A stretch of DNA of 64,000 nucleotides, taken from positions 32,001 to 96,000 of the forward strand of contig CAVTUQ010000025.1 of assembly GCA_963737905.1 (NCBI GenBank). The letters are read 5' to 3'. Shown piece by piece: positions 21,174 to 32,784 of this stretch (positions within the stretch are counted from its first letter, which is position 1; each line of letters starts with the position of its first letter). Both the position numbers and the translations under genes were made by a program. Under the pieces are notes generated by a model, which saw only the letters and a list, made by a program, of their open reading frames with translations, had not been told where the DNA came from and did not search any database. Source of the DNA: an uncultured delta proteobacterium. Lineage in GTDB: Bacteria > Desulfobacterota > Binatia > UBA9968.

Positions 21174-22202
21174 ATGAAGAGATTGACGTTTGCCATTTGC
21201 TTGCTTCTCCTTGGGGTTGCCGCAACCCAGGCGCAAACGCCTTACTACCAGGGCAAGACTATCAGGATCGTGACCGGCTATCCTGCCGGAGACGTCAACG
21301 ATCTCTGGCCGCGGCTCATCGCGCAATTCATGACGAAATATATTCCCGGCAACCCTACCTTCATCATCCAGAATATGCCGGGAGCGAGTTCAATGATTGC
21401 CGCGAACTATGTCTACAGCGTGGCCAAGCCGGACGGTCTTACCCTCGGCTGGATTGCGCCCGCTCTTTACTTTGATCAGCTCATGGGACGTAAAGAAGTT
21501 CAATACGACTGGGCCAAATACAGTTTCATCGGTTCGCCGGCGCAGAGCGAGCACCAACTTTACATGCGCACCGACAGTCCCTATAAGACTATCGAAGATG
21601 TTCGCAAAGCGTCCGAGCCCCCCAAATGCGGCTCCGGCGGAGCAACCGGGACGGGTTTTTACTTTCCAAGGCTGCTTGAAGAGACGGTCGGCGCCAAGTT
21701 CAACATTGTCCTCGGCTACCAAGGCGGCGGCCCCATCGATCTCGCCGTGGAAAAAGGCGAGATCCACTGCCGGGCTATGACCATCGAATCATTCTTTGCG
21801 CGCGAGCCGTTTCACACGTGGCGCAAGAACAACTTCGTCAAAAGCCTGGCGCAGTCAGGCCGCAAGCGGGATGCCCGTCTTCCCGATACGCCCACCATCT
21901 ACGAGATGATGGATCAGTACAAAACCCCGGAACAGCCGCGCCGGGTCGCCACTGTGATCCTTGCCGCCGGTGTTTTCGGGCGACCCATGGTCGGCCCCGC
22001 GGGCATACCCGCCGATCGGATGAAGGTCCTGCGAGCGGCCCTACTGAGCGCGTTGAAAGATCCGGAACTGAAAGGTGAAGCCGAGAAAAGGGGGTACGAA
22101 TTGGAGCCGGTTGGCGGCGAAGAATTGGAACGCCTCGCCAAGGAAGTCATGGCACAGCCACCGGAGGTGGTTGAGAGAATGAAGAAGGTGCTGGGAAACT
22201 AG
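21174..22202 (+). CDS. Bug/TctC tripartite tricarboxylate transporter substrate-binding protein
   Basis: YYQGKTI, QNMPGA, AKPDGLT, GYQGGG..LAVEKGE. Confidence 0.85.
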   Translation: MKRLTFAICLLLLGVAATQAQTPYYQGKTIRIVTGYPAGDVNDLWPRLIAQFMTKYIPGNPTFIIQNMPGASSMIAANYVYSVAKPDGLTLGWIAPALYFDQLMGRKEVQYDWAKYSFIGSPAQSEHQLYMRTDSPYKTIEDVRKASEPPKCGSGGATGTGFYFPRLLEETVGAKFNIVLGYQGGGPIDLAVEKGEIHCRAMTIESFFAREPFHTWRKNNFVKSLAQSGRKRDARLPDTPTIYEMMDQYKTPEQPRRVATVILAAGVFGRPMVGPAGIPADRMKVLRAALLSALKDPELKGEAEKRGYELEPVGGEELERLAKEVMAQPPEVVERMKKVLGN

Positions 22203-22319
22203 TCAGTATTATTCTCCGGAGCTAACCGCGACTTATCGAGAAGACTTTCCTTCCCGGATCTCCTTTATGAAAGAAACTAAAAGACTTCACGCAATAAACG
22301 CTTTATTCCGATCGGGATT

Positions 22320-22517
22320 TTAATTATCGATGCAACCGATGGTTACTTCGCGACAGAGCTGCATCAAGTCGGGGTCGATGGGACCGCAAGGACGACAAAG
22401 TCGAATCGGCCACGTGATGTCTCTGTCTGACTCCAGTCCTATCGTCGCGGACTTAGTGGCGCTTTTATCACAGACCTCACAGACAAAATCTTTGCTTTGC
22501 AGTTCCACGATGCGCAT
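22320..22517 (-). CDS. small Cys-rich hypothetical protein (CxxC...CxxC)
   Basis: GAGG RBS before ATG; CEVC and CRPC pairs. Confidence 0.4.
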   Translation of the reverse strand: MRIVELQSKDFVCEVCDKSATKSATIGLESDRDITWPIRLCRPCGPIDPDLMQLCREVTIGCIDN

Positions 22518-22537
22518 AAAAACCTCTCGGTTTACTC

Positions 22538-22573
22538 AAAACAAACCGCGGCTGGATAGTTCCAGCCGCGGTT
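22538..22573 (-). terminator. intrinsic terminator after the fasciclin gene
   Basis: 13-bp stem AACCGCGGCTGGA/TCCAGCCGCGGTT followed by a T-rich tract on the minus strand. Confidence 0.7.
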
Positions 22574-22592
22574 GCCGCTATGGATCCTCTCA

Positions 22593-23088
22593 TCAAGGAA
22601 TCATGACCGAGTCGATCACGTGGATGACTCCATTGGTGGCCATGATATCGGTTTGCACCACCCGAGCGTTTTCCACCATGACTTTTCCGTCTTGCGTGCT
22701 GATGTCAAGGGCGCGCCCGTTGACGGTCGGCGCGGAGCTCAAGGTGACCACTTCACTTGCGGTGACCCGGCCCGGCACTACATGGTAAGTCAGTATTGCC
22801 GTTAGCTTGTCCTTGTTCTCCGGCTTGAGCAGGTTTTCCACTGTACCCGCCGGCAAGTTTCGCGAACGCTTCATCGGTCGGAGCAAAAACAGTCAACGGC
22901 CCCTTCCCTTTCAGCGTATCCACCAATCCCGCCGCCTGTACGGCGGCAACCAACGTCTTGAAGGACCCCGCCGAAGCAGCGATTTCGACGATGTCCTTGT
23001 CCGGCATCGTTTCCGCTTTCACGGAACCCGACAACCCGAAACCCAACGTTAAAGCCAATACACCCAATGCAGTTTTGAAGACTCTCAT
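22593..23088 (-). CDS. fasciclin (FAS1) domain exported protein, one frameshift near 22855
   Basis: Signal peptide, [13 protein letters not shown]|[24 protein letters not shown]. Confidence 0.9.
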
Positions 23089-23133
23089 TTTTTTCCTCCT
23101 TTTTGTTTTTTTGTGTCTTCGCAACTCTGCATG

Positions 23134-23149
23134 AGCAACCGCGGTGCCA
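23134..23149 (-). promoter_or_regulatory. sigma54 (-24/-12) promoter of the fasciclin gene
   Basis: TGGCAC-CGCGG-TTGCT matches TGGCAC-N5-TTGCW, 45 bp upstream of the start codon. Confidence 0.8.
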
Positions 23150-23227
23150 TTCCGCGCTGGAATACAATTCATCCCGGTTTTACAAGCCTTTAGGTGCGAT
23201 CGCTCGGTGAGAACAAAAATCCGAGAC

Positions 23228-23261
23228 AAACGGTGAGACATTAAACTGTCTCAACACCGTT
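23228..23261. promoter_or_regulatory. putative enhancer (UAS) for the adjacent sigma54 activator
   Basis: Inverted repeat TGAGACA-N6-TGTCTCA, flanked by AAACGGTG/CACCGTTT, about 85-100 bp upstream of the promoter. Confidence 0.55.
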
Positions 23262-23290
23262 TCACGAATGTGTCAGCTGAGACGGCCTAA

Positions 23291-25046
23291 CTATTTCTCT
23301 TCGGAATTGATTTTGAGGTCGGCCAAGCGACGGTAAAGCGTAGCGCGACTGATGCCGAGAAGACGCGCCGCCAGGGCGCGATTTCCGCGCGAACGTTCCA
23401 GTGCCTGTAAAAATCGCGCCTTTTCATCGACCAACGGATCGCCGGGAATCACGTTTTCAAAGGCGGCGGGGTTAAGGATCTCGGGAGGTAAATCATCGGG
23501 CTGGATCACCGAGCCGCTGCAGGGGATCACCGCAAATTCAATGGCGCTTCTGAGCTCGCGAACATTACCGGGCCATGAGTAGTCCGCAAGCAAGCGTAGA
23601 GCATCATGGCTGAGTTCAGTCACGTGCTTTCCACCCGCCGCGGAAAACTGCGCGAGAAACGAAGCAGCCAGCAACGGGATATCTTCGCGCCGGGCGCGCA
23701 GCGGCGGCAAGCTGATCCGCGCCACCCGAATACGGTAGAACAAATCCGAACGGAAGCTTCCTTTTTCCACCTCGTCACTCAGGCTGCGGTGGGTCGCCGC
23801 CAATACCCGCACGTCGATCTTCCTCGGACGCGATTCTCCCAGGCGGGTAATCTCGCGCTCCTGAAGCACACGCAGCAGCTGGTTCTGCACCGTCATCGGT
23901 ATATCGCCGATCTCATCCAACAGCAGGGTGCCTCCATTGGCCGCTTCCAACAGTCCCTGGTGATCCTCAATAGCTCCGGTAAAAGCGCCGCGTTTGTGCC
24001 CGAACAGCTGGCTCGCCAGGAGCGATTCCGTGAGACCGGCACAGTTCACGGCAATGAAGGGCTTATCTTTGCGATGGCTTGAAGAATGGATTGCGCGAGC
24101 GACCAGCTCTTTTCCCGTCCCGGTATCGCCTTCGATCAGCACTGTCGAATCCACCCGCGCCACGTTGCGGATCTGCTGGTAAACTAGCTGCATGGCTTTG
24201 CTCTTGCCCAAAAGATCGTGAAACTGCGCCCGTTCGTCGAGCAGACGGCGGAGGTCATGAACTTCAGTGACATCATAGAAAAAGAAAATCTTGCCGCGTG
24301 GGTCGCGGGGATCGTCCTTAACATCCACTTCGAGCCAGACGCGCCGGCCGTCGGTTCGGTCCAGGTGAACCGGAATCTTGGCCCGTTCCTCCGGCGGTTT
24401 TTGAATCAGCGCTTGCAGTTGAAGCGTGTCTTCGGCATCCAAGCCAAACAGGTCTTTCCAAGTCATGTCCACCCTACCGGCCTCCGGCTGGGCAAACAGT
24501 TGCTGAGCGGCTGCGCTAAGAAATACGACATGGCCTTTTTCATCGGTCATGGCCGTGCCGATGCGCAGTTCATTCAATATCGAAAGAAGATCATTGCGGC
24601 TTTTTTCGACCTGCCGGAACATCTCTCTGAGCTGGTCATCGGCTAACTTCCGCGCGGTGACATTTCTCTGGATTGAAAGAAAATGACTGATTTGTCGGTC
24701 GGTACTGCGGATCGGGGTGATATCCCATTCCACATAATACTCACTGCCGTCTTTGCGATAGTTGACGGTCTCGCCTGAAAAAGGTTCTCCGCGCTTCAGC
24801 GTCTCGCGCAGCCGTTGCAGCATGGCGCGATCCGACTTGGGGCCTTGAAGGATACGCGGTGTTTTTTGCAGGATTTCTTCTTGGCTGTATCCGGTCATTT
24901 CGCTGAAGGCAGGATTTGCAAAAAGGATCTCGAGGTCCCGGTGGCTCGAGCTGAGCCGACGTGATGAGCACCGCCTCCTTCGCTTGCGCAACGGCAGTCT
25001 CCAGCAACTTCAGCAGCTGCCCTGTTTCAAGCAGGCGGTTTTCCAT
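23291..25046 (-). CDS. PAS-PAS sigma54-dependent activator (bEBP), frameshift near 24935
   Basis: PAS (NPAFSEMTGYS..E; NYRKDG), GDTGTGKE, GAFTGA, LDEIG, WPGNVREL, C-terminal Fis-type HTH. Confidence 0.9.
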
Positions 25047-25090
25047 CAACAGCTTGTCTCCTCGTCGCTTCCATAACTCGAAGGCTGAAA

Positions 25091-26312
25091 TTATCTCCAG
25101 ACAGATAGGTTTTCAATCCGTCCGCCGAGGACGGAGATCTTATGGATGACACGACAGATTAGTGCAGGTTTTTTCTTTCTCATTCCCCCTTCCACCATCT
25201 TGTACTCGAACAGACGGCACTCGAGAGCACCGTTATAAAGCGGGGTGCGCCTGGACACGGCGAGGCGGATGAGCGTGGGCAGGCGCATGTCGGCGCTGAG
25301 CAGGTAGACGCGCCACCCGCTGAACTGCTTTTTCAATACATCGCCCAACTTTGGGTAAAATTCCGCCAGTTCCTGCTGCTCGCCGAGGCGCACACCGTAA
25401 GGCGGGTTGGTGACGATGATTCCTTCCTTTGCAGGCGCGGAGATCTCCAGGACATTGGCCCGTTTGAGACTCACGACTTTCGCCAATCCAGCCGCCGCAA
25501 GATTAGCGCGGGCCGCTTTCAGCACGTCGCCTGAGAGATCGCTGCCATAAATCGGCAGCGGTACCTTGGGTTTTTGCCGGGCCGCGCTTCGTTGCCACAG
25601 CTCTCGCCAACCGCGCATATCGAAATTTTTGAACTTCTCGAAAGAAAAATGCCGCCCCAGACCAGGCGCGATATCGAGGGCCATGCAGGCCGCTTCCAGC
25701 AAGATCGTGCCGCTGCCGCACATGGGATCGAGCAGCGGAGCGCCGGGGACCCAACCTGCCAGACGCAGAATCCCGGCGGCGAGATTTTCCCGAAGCGGCG
25801 CCTCTCCCGTTGAGACGCGCTGGCCGCGCTTGAACAACGGCTCTCCCGTGGTGTCGAGATAGATCGCAAAACCGCGATCCGTCAGATGGGCCTGGATCGG
25901 AATATCGGGCTGCCGGGTATCCACGCTCGGGCGGCGGCCCGAGAGCCGGCGGACTTTATCGCACACTGCGTCCTTGATTTTAAGCGTGACGAAATTGAGA
26001 CTGGTGAGCGGACTCTTGGTCGCAGAGACATCGACCCGGATGGTGCGAGCCGGATCAAACCAATCGGTCCATGGCAGCGCGTAAGCGGCGCGGTAGATAT
26101 CGTCTTCGTTGCGGTAACCGCCGGTTGTTACCTGCCACAGAACGCGGCTGGCGATGCGGCTTTCGAGATTGGCCCGGTAAGCAGAGGAAGAAATCACCAC
26201 CGAACTCGACACCACCGCCGACCGTATGAGTCTTCTCCGCTTTGAGTTGCTGTAGTTCCTCCGCCAGGACGAGCTCGAGGCCGCGAGGACAGGTAGCAAA
26301 AAACCTTTCCAT
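25091..26312 (-). CDS. rlmL: THUMP-domain 23S rRNA methyltransferase (RlmL-like), frameshift near 26180
   Basis: FFATCPRGLE start, LFKRG, APLRENLAA, DPMCGSGT, NPPYG. Confidence 0.8.
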
Positions 26313-26490
26313 GCGAGATTTGGGTCGAAGGTTTGCGGGTCGGCGGATTTGAGATCCTGTCCGAGTTGTGACTTATTCTTCTCACCGATTGGATTACAAT
26401 TGCAACCGCGATCAAGAGCACAAGCGCAGACAGATACAAAGGATCGATGAAGCAAGACGAAGTGGCGGATAAAGATGAGTGAACTATTCG

Positions 26491-27555
26491 TCAGCAAATC
26501 CGCGGTAATTGCTCGCCGAACAGCAGGTCGACTACCCGCGTGCCGCCGATACCCGTTTTCATCAACACCATCCCCGGGTGATCGCTGACGACTTCTCCGA
26601 TGACCTGGGCGTCGCGCCCAAGCGGATGTTCGCGCATTCTTTGGAGGACAGCGGCTGCCGAGTCTGACGCGACGATCGCTAGCAGTTTACCCTCGTTAGC
26701 CACGTAGAGGGGGTCGAGTCCTAAAATTTCGCAAGCTCCTTGAACCGTCTCCCGCACCGGGATCTGCCGCTCGTCAATGACCATGCCGACCCGTGAGCTC
26801 GATGCGATTTCATTCAAGGTCGTCGCTACCCCGCCCCGTGTGGGGTCACGCAGGCAATGAATCTCCAGGCTGGCGCTGAGCATGCCAGCGACAAGCGCGT
26901 GGAGCGCCGCCGTGTCGCTCTCGATCGTCCCCTCGAATTCTAAATTCTCCCGCTGGGACATGATCGCCATGCCGTGATCCCCGATGGTGCCGCTCAGAAG
27001 AATCTTATCGCCCGGGCGCGCACGGTCGGCGGAGATTTGGATCGAAGGATCGACGAGGCCCAACCCCGTCGTGGTGATGAAAAGTTTGTCGCCCTTGCCT
27101 CGGTTAACGACCTTGGTGTCGCCGGTGACCAGCAGCACATTCGCTTCTCTCGCCGCCGCACTCATAGATTTGACTACGCGCTGCAGCTCATCCGTGGCCA
27201 GCCCTTCTTCCAGGATGAACGCCGCGGCAATGTACAACGGCTTCGCGCCGCTCATCGCCAAGTCGTTGACGGTCCCATTGATCGCTAGCCGGCCGATGTC
27301 GCCCCCGGGAAAAAATATCGGCGTTACGACAAAAGCATCGGTGGTGAAGGCAACCCGCGATCCGTTGAGTTGCAAAACGGCCTGGTCGTCGAGGCGGGAG
27401 AGGTAATCGTTATCAAAAGCCGGTAGGAAGACCTTTTGGATCAGGTCGCTGGTGAGCTTGCCGCCGCTGCCGTGCCCGAGGACGATCCGTTTGTGATTGA
27501 AAATCGGTGTCGGGCAAACGGCTCCAAGGAGATCCGCCGCAGTTTCTCGATTCAT
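26491..27555 (-). CDS. hypE: hydrogenase maturation carbamoyl dehydratase HypE
   Basis: GHGSGG, GTVNDLAM, RDPTRGG, ANEG, C-terminal PRIC. Confidence 0.95.
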   Translation of the reverse strand: MNRETAADLLGAVCPTPIFNHKRIVLGHGSGGKLTSDLIQKVFLPAFDNDYLSRLDDQAVLQLNGSRVAFTTDAFVVTPIFFPGGDIGRLAINGTVNDLAMSGAKPLYIAAAFILEEGLATDELQRVVKSMSAAAREANVLLVTGDTKVVNRGKGDKLFITTTGLGLVDPSIQISADRARPGDKILLSGTIGDHGMAIMSQRENLEFEGTIESDTAALHALVAGMLSASLEIHCLRDPTRGGVATTLNEIASSSRVGMVIDERQIPVRETVQGACEILGLDPLYVANEGKLLAIVASDSAAAVLQRMREHPLGRDAQVIGEVVSDHPGMVLMKTGIGGTRVVDLLFGEQLPRIC

Positions 27556-28178
27556 CAGATCACATCCTCCTCGCCCATGGCGACATGAACCAGATCCCAG
27601 ATGATGTGGAGCAAAGCGACGTGGCACTCTTGGATGCGGTGAATGCTAAAGCTGGGAACGGTAAAACAATACTCGGCCACCTTACGGATGCGACCGCCGT
27701 CTTTGCCCGCAAAGGCGATAGTCAGGAGACCTTTTTTTCGCGCCGCCTGTAAAGCATAAATCAGATTGGGTGATTGTCCACTGGTCGAGATGGCCAGCGC
27801 CATATCCCCCGGCTTACCCCAAAGTTCGAGTTGGTCGACGAAGATCTTGGCATAGTCTTTGTCGTTCGAGATCGCTGTCAGCACCGGTATCTGGCTCACC
27901 AGATCGAGCGCCGGCAAAGCACGCCGCTTGTCGATAATCGGGTGGATAAATTCCACGGCGACATGTTGGGCGTCACAGGCGCTGCCACCGTTGCCCATCA
28001 CCCAGAGTTTGTGCCCTTCCTGGAATTGTCGGGCCATCCTTTCGCACAGCTCGGCGATTTGATCGGCGCATTGAGCGAAAAACCGTTCTTTGACTTCCAC
28101 CGACTCACGGCACTTGCGCAAGACTCTCTGGCTCAAATCGTTTGCCGCAATACTGGCTCCGTAGCCTTCAGACAGCAT
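27555..28178 (-). CDS. SIS-domain GmhA-like protein within the hyp operon
   Basis: [26 protein letters not shown]. Confidence 0.85.
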   Translation of the reverse strand: MLSEGYGASIAANDLSQRVLRKCRESVEVKERFFAQCADQIAELCERMARQFQEGHKLWVMGNGGSACDAQHVAVEFIHPIIDKRRALPALDLVSQIPVLTAISNDKDYAKIFVDQLELWGKPGDMALAISTSGQSPNLIYALQAARKKGLLTIAFAGKDGGRIRKVAEYCFTVPSFSIHRIQECHVALLHIIWDLVHVAMGEEDVI

Positions 28179-29283
28179 GAGAATTCTCTCCCCTTTTGAG
28201 ATGGCGTCCATAGGCGTAGTAGGCGGCGCAAGCGCCTTCGGCGGAGACCATGGTGGCGCCCAGGGGAGTTTGCGGCGTGCAAAGCGTCCCGAAGGCCGGA
28301 CAGTCGTGCGGCTTCTTAATTCCCTTCAAGATCTGCCCGCTGATACAGATCGCGGGCTCCTTGGTATCGATCTCTTCAACTTCGAACAGCCGCTCGGCAT
28401 CATGATCGCGAAATTCGTAGCGCAGCCGGAAGCCGCTTTTAGGAATAGAACCGACGCCGCGCCATTTCCGATCACAGATCTCGAATACTTCCGAAACCAG
28501 CGTTTGCGCTGGTCGATTTCCCCCTCGCTCCACCGCCCGCGCGTATTGGTTTTCAACTTCGGCTCGTCCCGCTTCGAGCTGCCGCACGGTCATCAAGGTA
28601 CCCTCGAGGATGTCCAACGGCTCAAAGCCGGTGACGACGATCGGGACCTCGTAGCGAGCGCTGATCGCTTCATATTCGTGATAGCCCATGATCGCACACA
28701 CGTGTCCCGGCCCAAGAAAACCCTGGACGCGATTTTGCGGCGACTGCAGTATGGCCGCGATGGCCGGAGGCACCAGCACATGCGAAACGAGGATAGAGAA
28801 ATTCTTGACGGCATCCCGCTGCGCGCGCCAGACCGCCATGGCGTTGGCCGGAGCGGTGGTTTCAAAACCGACGGCGAAAAAAACCACTTTCTTATCCGGA
28901 TTCGCCCGCGCTATTTTCAGGCAATCCAGCGGCGAATAGACGATGCGTACGTCCGCGCCCCGTGATTTCAGCGCGAAGAGATCCTCCTCGGAGCCGGGCA
29001 CGCGCAACATGTCCCCGAAGGAACAAAAGATCACGTCGGAATGCCGGGCGATGGCGTGCGCCTTGTCGATCATCTCCAACGGTGTGACGCAAACAGGACA
29101 GCCCGGACCATGAACCAGCTCGATACTCGGCGGCAAGAGATAGTCCAATCCGTGTTTGACGATGGAATGCGTCTGTCCACCGCAGACCTCCATGATGACC
29201 CAGGGGCGCGTTTGAATGCGGCGGACTTCCTCGGTGATGTTGCGGGCGAGTTGCTCGCTCCGATACTCATCTACATATTTCAC
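28168..29283 (-). CDS. hypD: hydrogenase maturation protein HypD
   Basis: [33 protein letters not shown]. Confidence 0.95.
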   Translation of the reverse strand: MKYVDEYRSEQLARNITEEVRRIQTRPWVIMEVCGGQTHSIVKHGLDYLLPPSIELVHGPGCPVCVTPLEMIDKAHAIARHSDVIFCSFGDMLRVPGSEEDLFALKSRGADVRIVYSPLDCLKIARANPDKKVVFFAVGFETTAPANAMAVWRAQRDAVKNFSILVSHVLVPPAIAAILQSPQNRVQGFLGPGHVCAIMGYHEYEAISARYEVPIVVTGFEPLDILEGTLMTVRQLEAGRAEVENQYARAVERGGNRPAQTLVSEVFEICDRKWRGVGSIPKSGFRLRYEFRDHDAERLFEVEEIDTKEPAICISGQILKGIKKPHDCPAFGTLCTPQTPLGATMVSAEGACAAYYAYGRHLKRGENSHAV

Positions 29284-29561
29284 GGCGACCTTCCGTTTCG
29301 AGGTTTCTCTTCGACCTCGGGAGCCGCAAGCTCGGCGAGCTGGCCCATTTCTTCAAGCAAGCGATAAGTCCGCGCGGCCTCTTCCTCGTTGACCTTGCTG
29401 ATAGCGAAACCGACATGAACGACGACGTAATCGCCCGTATCTGCCTCGGGAACGTACTGCAAGCAGGCTTCCCGCACGATGCCGCCGAACTGCACCTTGG
29501 CCATACGCAGCCCTTGCGATTCATACGACTCTAAGATTTTTCCAGGAATGCCCAAACACAC
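29280..29561 (-). CDS. hypC: HypC/HybG chaperone (copy 1, next to hypD)
   Basis: GTG start, CLGIPG N-terminus, VVVHVGFAI. Confidence 0.9.
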   Translation of the reverse strand: MCLGIPGKILESYESQGLRMAKVQFGGIVREACLQYVPEADTGDYVVVHVGFAISKVNEEEAARTYRLLEEMGQLAELAAPEVEEKPRNGRSP

Positions 29562-29562
29562 G

Positions 29563-31843
29563 TTAACCTCCCTGTTGCACGATTGCATTCGCAACCGCCG
29601 CCTGCCCAAGCGCGATACCGCCGTCGTTGATTGGAACTTTTCGATTTAGATAAATTTCAAACCCACCATCTCCAAGGGCTGGAACCAGCCGCTCCAGCAG
29701 ATATGCATTCTGAAAAGTCCCACCGCTGAGGCAGACGAGATTCAAGCCGTCAGTTTTACGTAGCCGCCGGCATGCTTCAACGATGACCGCAGCGAGAGTG
29801 TTATGAAACTTCGCCGCCATCAAATTCACTGAAACTTTCATCTGAATTTCCTGTACGAGGCGCTCGATGACAGGCCGCATATCAATTTCCCAGGGGCTTG
29901 TGTTGCGGATCTCAAAAGGATAGCTCTCCGAGATTCCTTCGAGCGCAGCCATTTCAAGTTCGATGGCTGCCTGTCCTTCGTAATTCACCTGATGGCGCAA
30001 GCCCATGATCGAAGCCACGGCGTCGAACAGCCGTCCGCAGGATGAGGTCTGGACCGTGTTGAGTCCCCGTTGCATCATCGATGTAACGATCTCGATCTTC
30101 TTTTCCGGAAGCGCGTCCCAACCGGGCAGGCCCAGAGACAATGGATCTTCCCCCAGAGCGTCGCGCAGATAACTCACCGCCATTCGCCAGGGCTCGCGAA
30201 TCGCGCGATCCCCGCCGACCAGAGGGACAGCACGCAAATGCGCGCGGCGCTCATAGCCGGAGAGTCTTGCCACCAGAAATTCGCCGCCCCAAATCGTACC
30301 GTCCTCGCCGTAGCCAAGACCGTCGAAGGCGACACCGATGACGGGTCCCGTTAGGCCGTGCTCGACCATGCAGCCAGCAATATGGGCATGATGATGCTGC
30401 ACGCCGATCTTGGTTAGCCCGTCAACTCCGACGGGCATACTTGGTGGAGAGGTATTCAGGGTGGAGATCGTGGGCGATTACGGAAGGCTCGATGGCGAAG
30501 AGATTTTTCCAGTGCTCGATCCCCTTGGCGAAGGAGTCCCACGTTTCGTAGTTTTCCAGGTCCCCGATATGGTGACTCATGAAGGCGTGGCGCTCTTTGG
30601 CCAGACAAAAAGTGTTCTTGAGATGGGCACCGCACGCGAGGATAGGTTGAACGAAGAACAACGCCACGGAGATGGGCTCCGGCGCATAGCCACGCGAGCG
30701 GCGGATCAGCAATTCCTGTTTGCCGACGGTCCGCGCCACCGAATCGTCGCAGCGCATATGAATCTCCCGATCATGAACCAGGAAATATTCAGTGATCTTA
30801 CCGAGCCTGCAAAGCGCATCGTCATCCTTGTAAGCGATGGGCTCTTCACTCAAGTTCCCGCTGGTCATCACCAGCGGGACGTCCGCGTCCGTAAGCAACA
30901 AATGATGCAGCGGCGTATACGGCAGCATCAACCCAAGATGTCGTTGGCCGGGAGCGACGGCTTCGGCGATTGGAATCTCCTTACGCTTGCGCAAAAGCAC
31001 GATCGGGCGCTCACGCGATCGCAGCATTATTTCCTCTTCATTGGAAACCAAGCAAAGCTGCTTGACCGCTCCAAGATCCCTGGCCATGAGCGCAAAGGGC
31101 TTATCCTCGCGATGTTTCCTCGCTCTAAGTCGCCGCACGGCGCCATGGTCCAGCGCATTACAGGCCAGGTGATATCCGCCGAGCCCTTTCACTGCCAGGA
31201 CCGCGCCTTGCCGCAGCAAGCGTGCGGCATGAGAGATCGGTTCGCCGTTCGAGATCTCGTGCCCATGAGCATCCAGCACGCGAACTCGCGGGCCGCACTG
31301 CGGGCATGCATTCGGCTGAGCATGAAAGCGCCGATCAGCGGGATCATGAAATTCGCGCGCGCAATCGCCGCACATCTCAAAATGTTCCATGGTGGTGCGC
31401 TCGCGATCGTAGGGAACGTCTTTAACGATCGTAAACCGGGGACCACAATTCGTGCAGTTGATAAAAGGATAGCGATAACGTCGATCGAGGGAATCGAAAA
31501 GCTCTTTGAGACAATCGTCACAGGTGGGCGTATCCGGTGAGATCAACACACTCCGTTCTTCTTGGCCGTGACTGCCAACGATATTGAAAGCAGACTCACC
31601 CTTCGGCGGGATGGTCCGGCAGTCAACAGTTTCTATCCGCGCCAAAGGCGGCGGCTGCTCGCGTAAATCGGTGAGAAAATTCTCCAGAGCCGGCGGCTCG
31701 CCTTCCAACTCGATGGTCACTCCCGCCGTGTCGTTCAGGACAAATCCGGCCAGGCCGTTTTTCATGGCGAGTCCATAAACAAACGGCCGGAATCCGACCC
31801 CCTGTACGATGCCTTCCACGGTGATGTGACGCCTTTCGTTCAT
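29563..31843 (-). CDS. hypF: carbamoyltransferase HypF, one frameshift near 30430
   Basis: VQGVGFRP, zinc fingers, HDLHPEY, QHHHAH, DGLGYG, NDGGIALGQ. Confidence 0.92.
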
Positions 31844-32124
31844 GACGTTCCCGGTCCGCTTGGATCCGGCATCTCCGCCAGCGGCAGCACTTGGTAACTC
31901 GAGAAATTAAAAACCGGCGACATCGCCAGCAGGCGATCCAGCTCTTCATTGGACGTGACGTTGTAGATCCAGGCGCCGCCATGACTGCCGACGACATGGT
32001 AGCGGCACTCGAGTTTGCCCTCCGACTCGAGCTTCTTGCCGTACTTGGACTGATCCATTACCGCTGCCATCATCTGCGGGCTGATTCGGCTCACTTCCAA
32101 ATGCCAGAGCACTAGAAACTTCAT
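31840..32124 (-). CDS. muconolactone-isomerase-like small alpha/beta protein
   Basis: MKFLV start, GGAWIYNV.SNEELDRLL..SP...YQVLPL; ATGA overlap with hypF. Confidence 0.6.
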   Translation of the reverse strand: MKFLVLWHLEVSRISPQMMAAVMDQSKYGKKLESEGKLECRYHVVGSHGGAWIYNVTSNEELDRLLAMSPVFNFSSYQVLPLAEMPDPSGPGTS

Positions 32125-32127
32125 GGC

Positions 32128-32421
32128 TCATTCTTTATCTTTGGATTCGCTGTCATCATTGTCTTCGTCCCACGCCGCTATTTCGTTGGTAAAGGCCTCG
32201 CCCATCCCCTGAAGGAAAGCCATCGATGCTTTCGCTTCGGCTTCATCCATCTTAGCGATAGCGAAGCCGACGTGGATGAGCACCCAGTCGCCGGGACCGA
32301 GCCCTTCGTTTGCCACCAGGCCGACGTTGATCACCCGCTCCACGCCAAAAACGTTAACGCGCGCAACGTCACTCGGCTCCGGCAAAAACTCAATAATTTG
32401 TCCCGCGATCCCCAAACACAT
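32128..32421 (-). CDS. hypC: HypC/HupF-like chaperone (copy 2), acidic tail
   Basis: MCLGIAG, WVLIHVGFAI. Confidence 0.88.
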   Translation of the reverse strand: MCLGIAGQIIEFLPEPSDVARVNVFGVERVINVGLVANEGLGPGDWVLIHVGFAIAKMDEAEAKASMAFLQGMGEAFTNEIAAWDEDNDDSESKDKE

Positions 32422-32424
32422 GGC

Positions 32425-32784
32425 TTACGTCGCGTTGGGCCCGCTGGGCCCGGCCTCGTATTGGATGGATTCGAGAATCAGTTCATCGCCCGCGGTGAGA
32501 TCGAGATCCGTAGCTCCGCACTTGGGACAGACAGCGATGATCTCGTTGGCCTCGACGACGATCCCACAGCCCGGACAGGTAGCGGATACCGGAATCACCA
32601 CGAGCTCCACCGCGGCGTGTTCTGCTTCCGTTCCTTCAGCCGCATGCGCGAAGGCCTGTTGAAACGCTGCTTCGACGACTCGATGGAGCGTGCCGACTCT
32701 CACGCGCACTCGCGCTACCGGGCGACCGGCGGCGCGTCGCTGCACAGCCTCGATGATTCCGTCGCACATACCAAATTCATGCAT
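32425..32784 (-). CDS. hypA: nickel metallochaperone HypA
   Basis: MHE N-terminus, CPGC and CPKCG, GDEL. Confidence 0.92.
   Translation of the reverse strand: MHEFGMCDGIIEAVQRRAAGRPVARVRVRVGTLHRVVEAAFQQAFAHAAEGTEAEHAAVELVVIPVSATCPGCGIVVEANEIIAVCPKCGATDLDLTAGDELILESIQYEAGPSGPNAT

Noticed and set aside
30420-30440. Programmed frameshift in hypF
   Set aside because: No slippery heptamer; it resembles the other single-base indels in the window.
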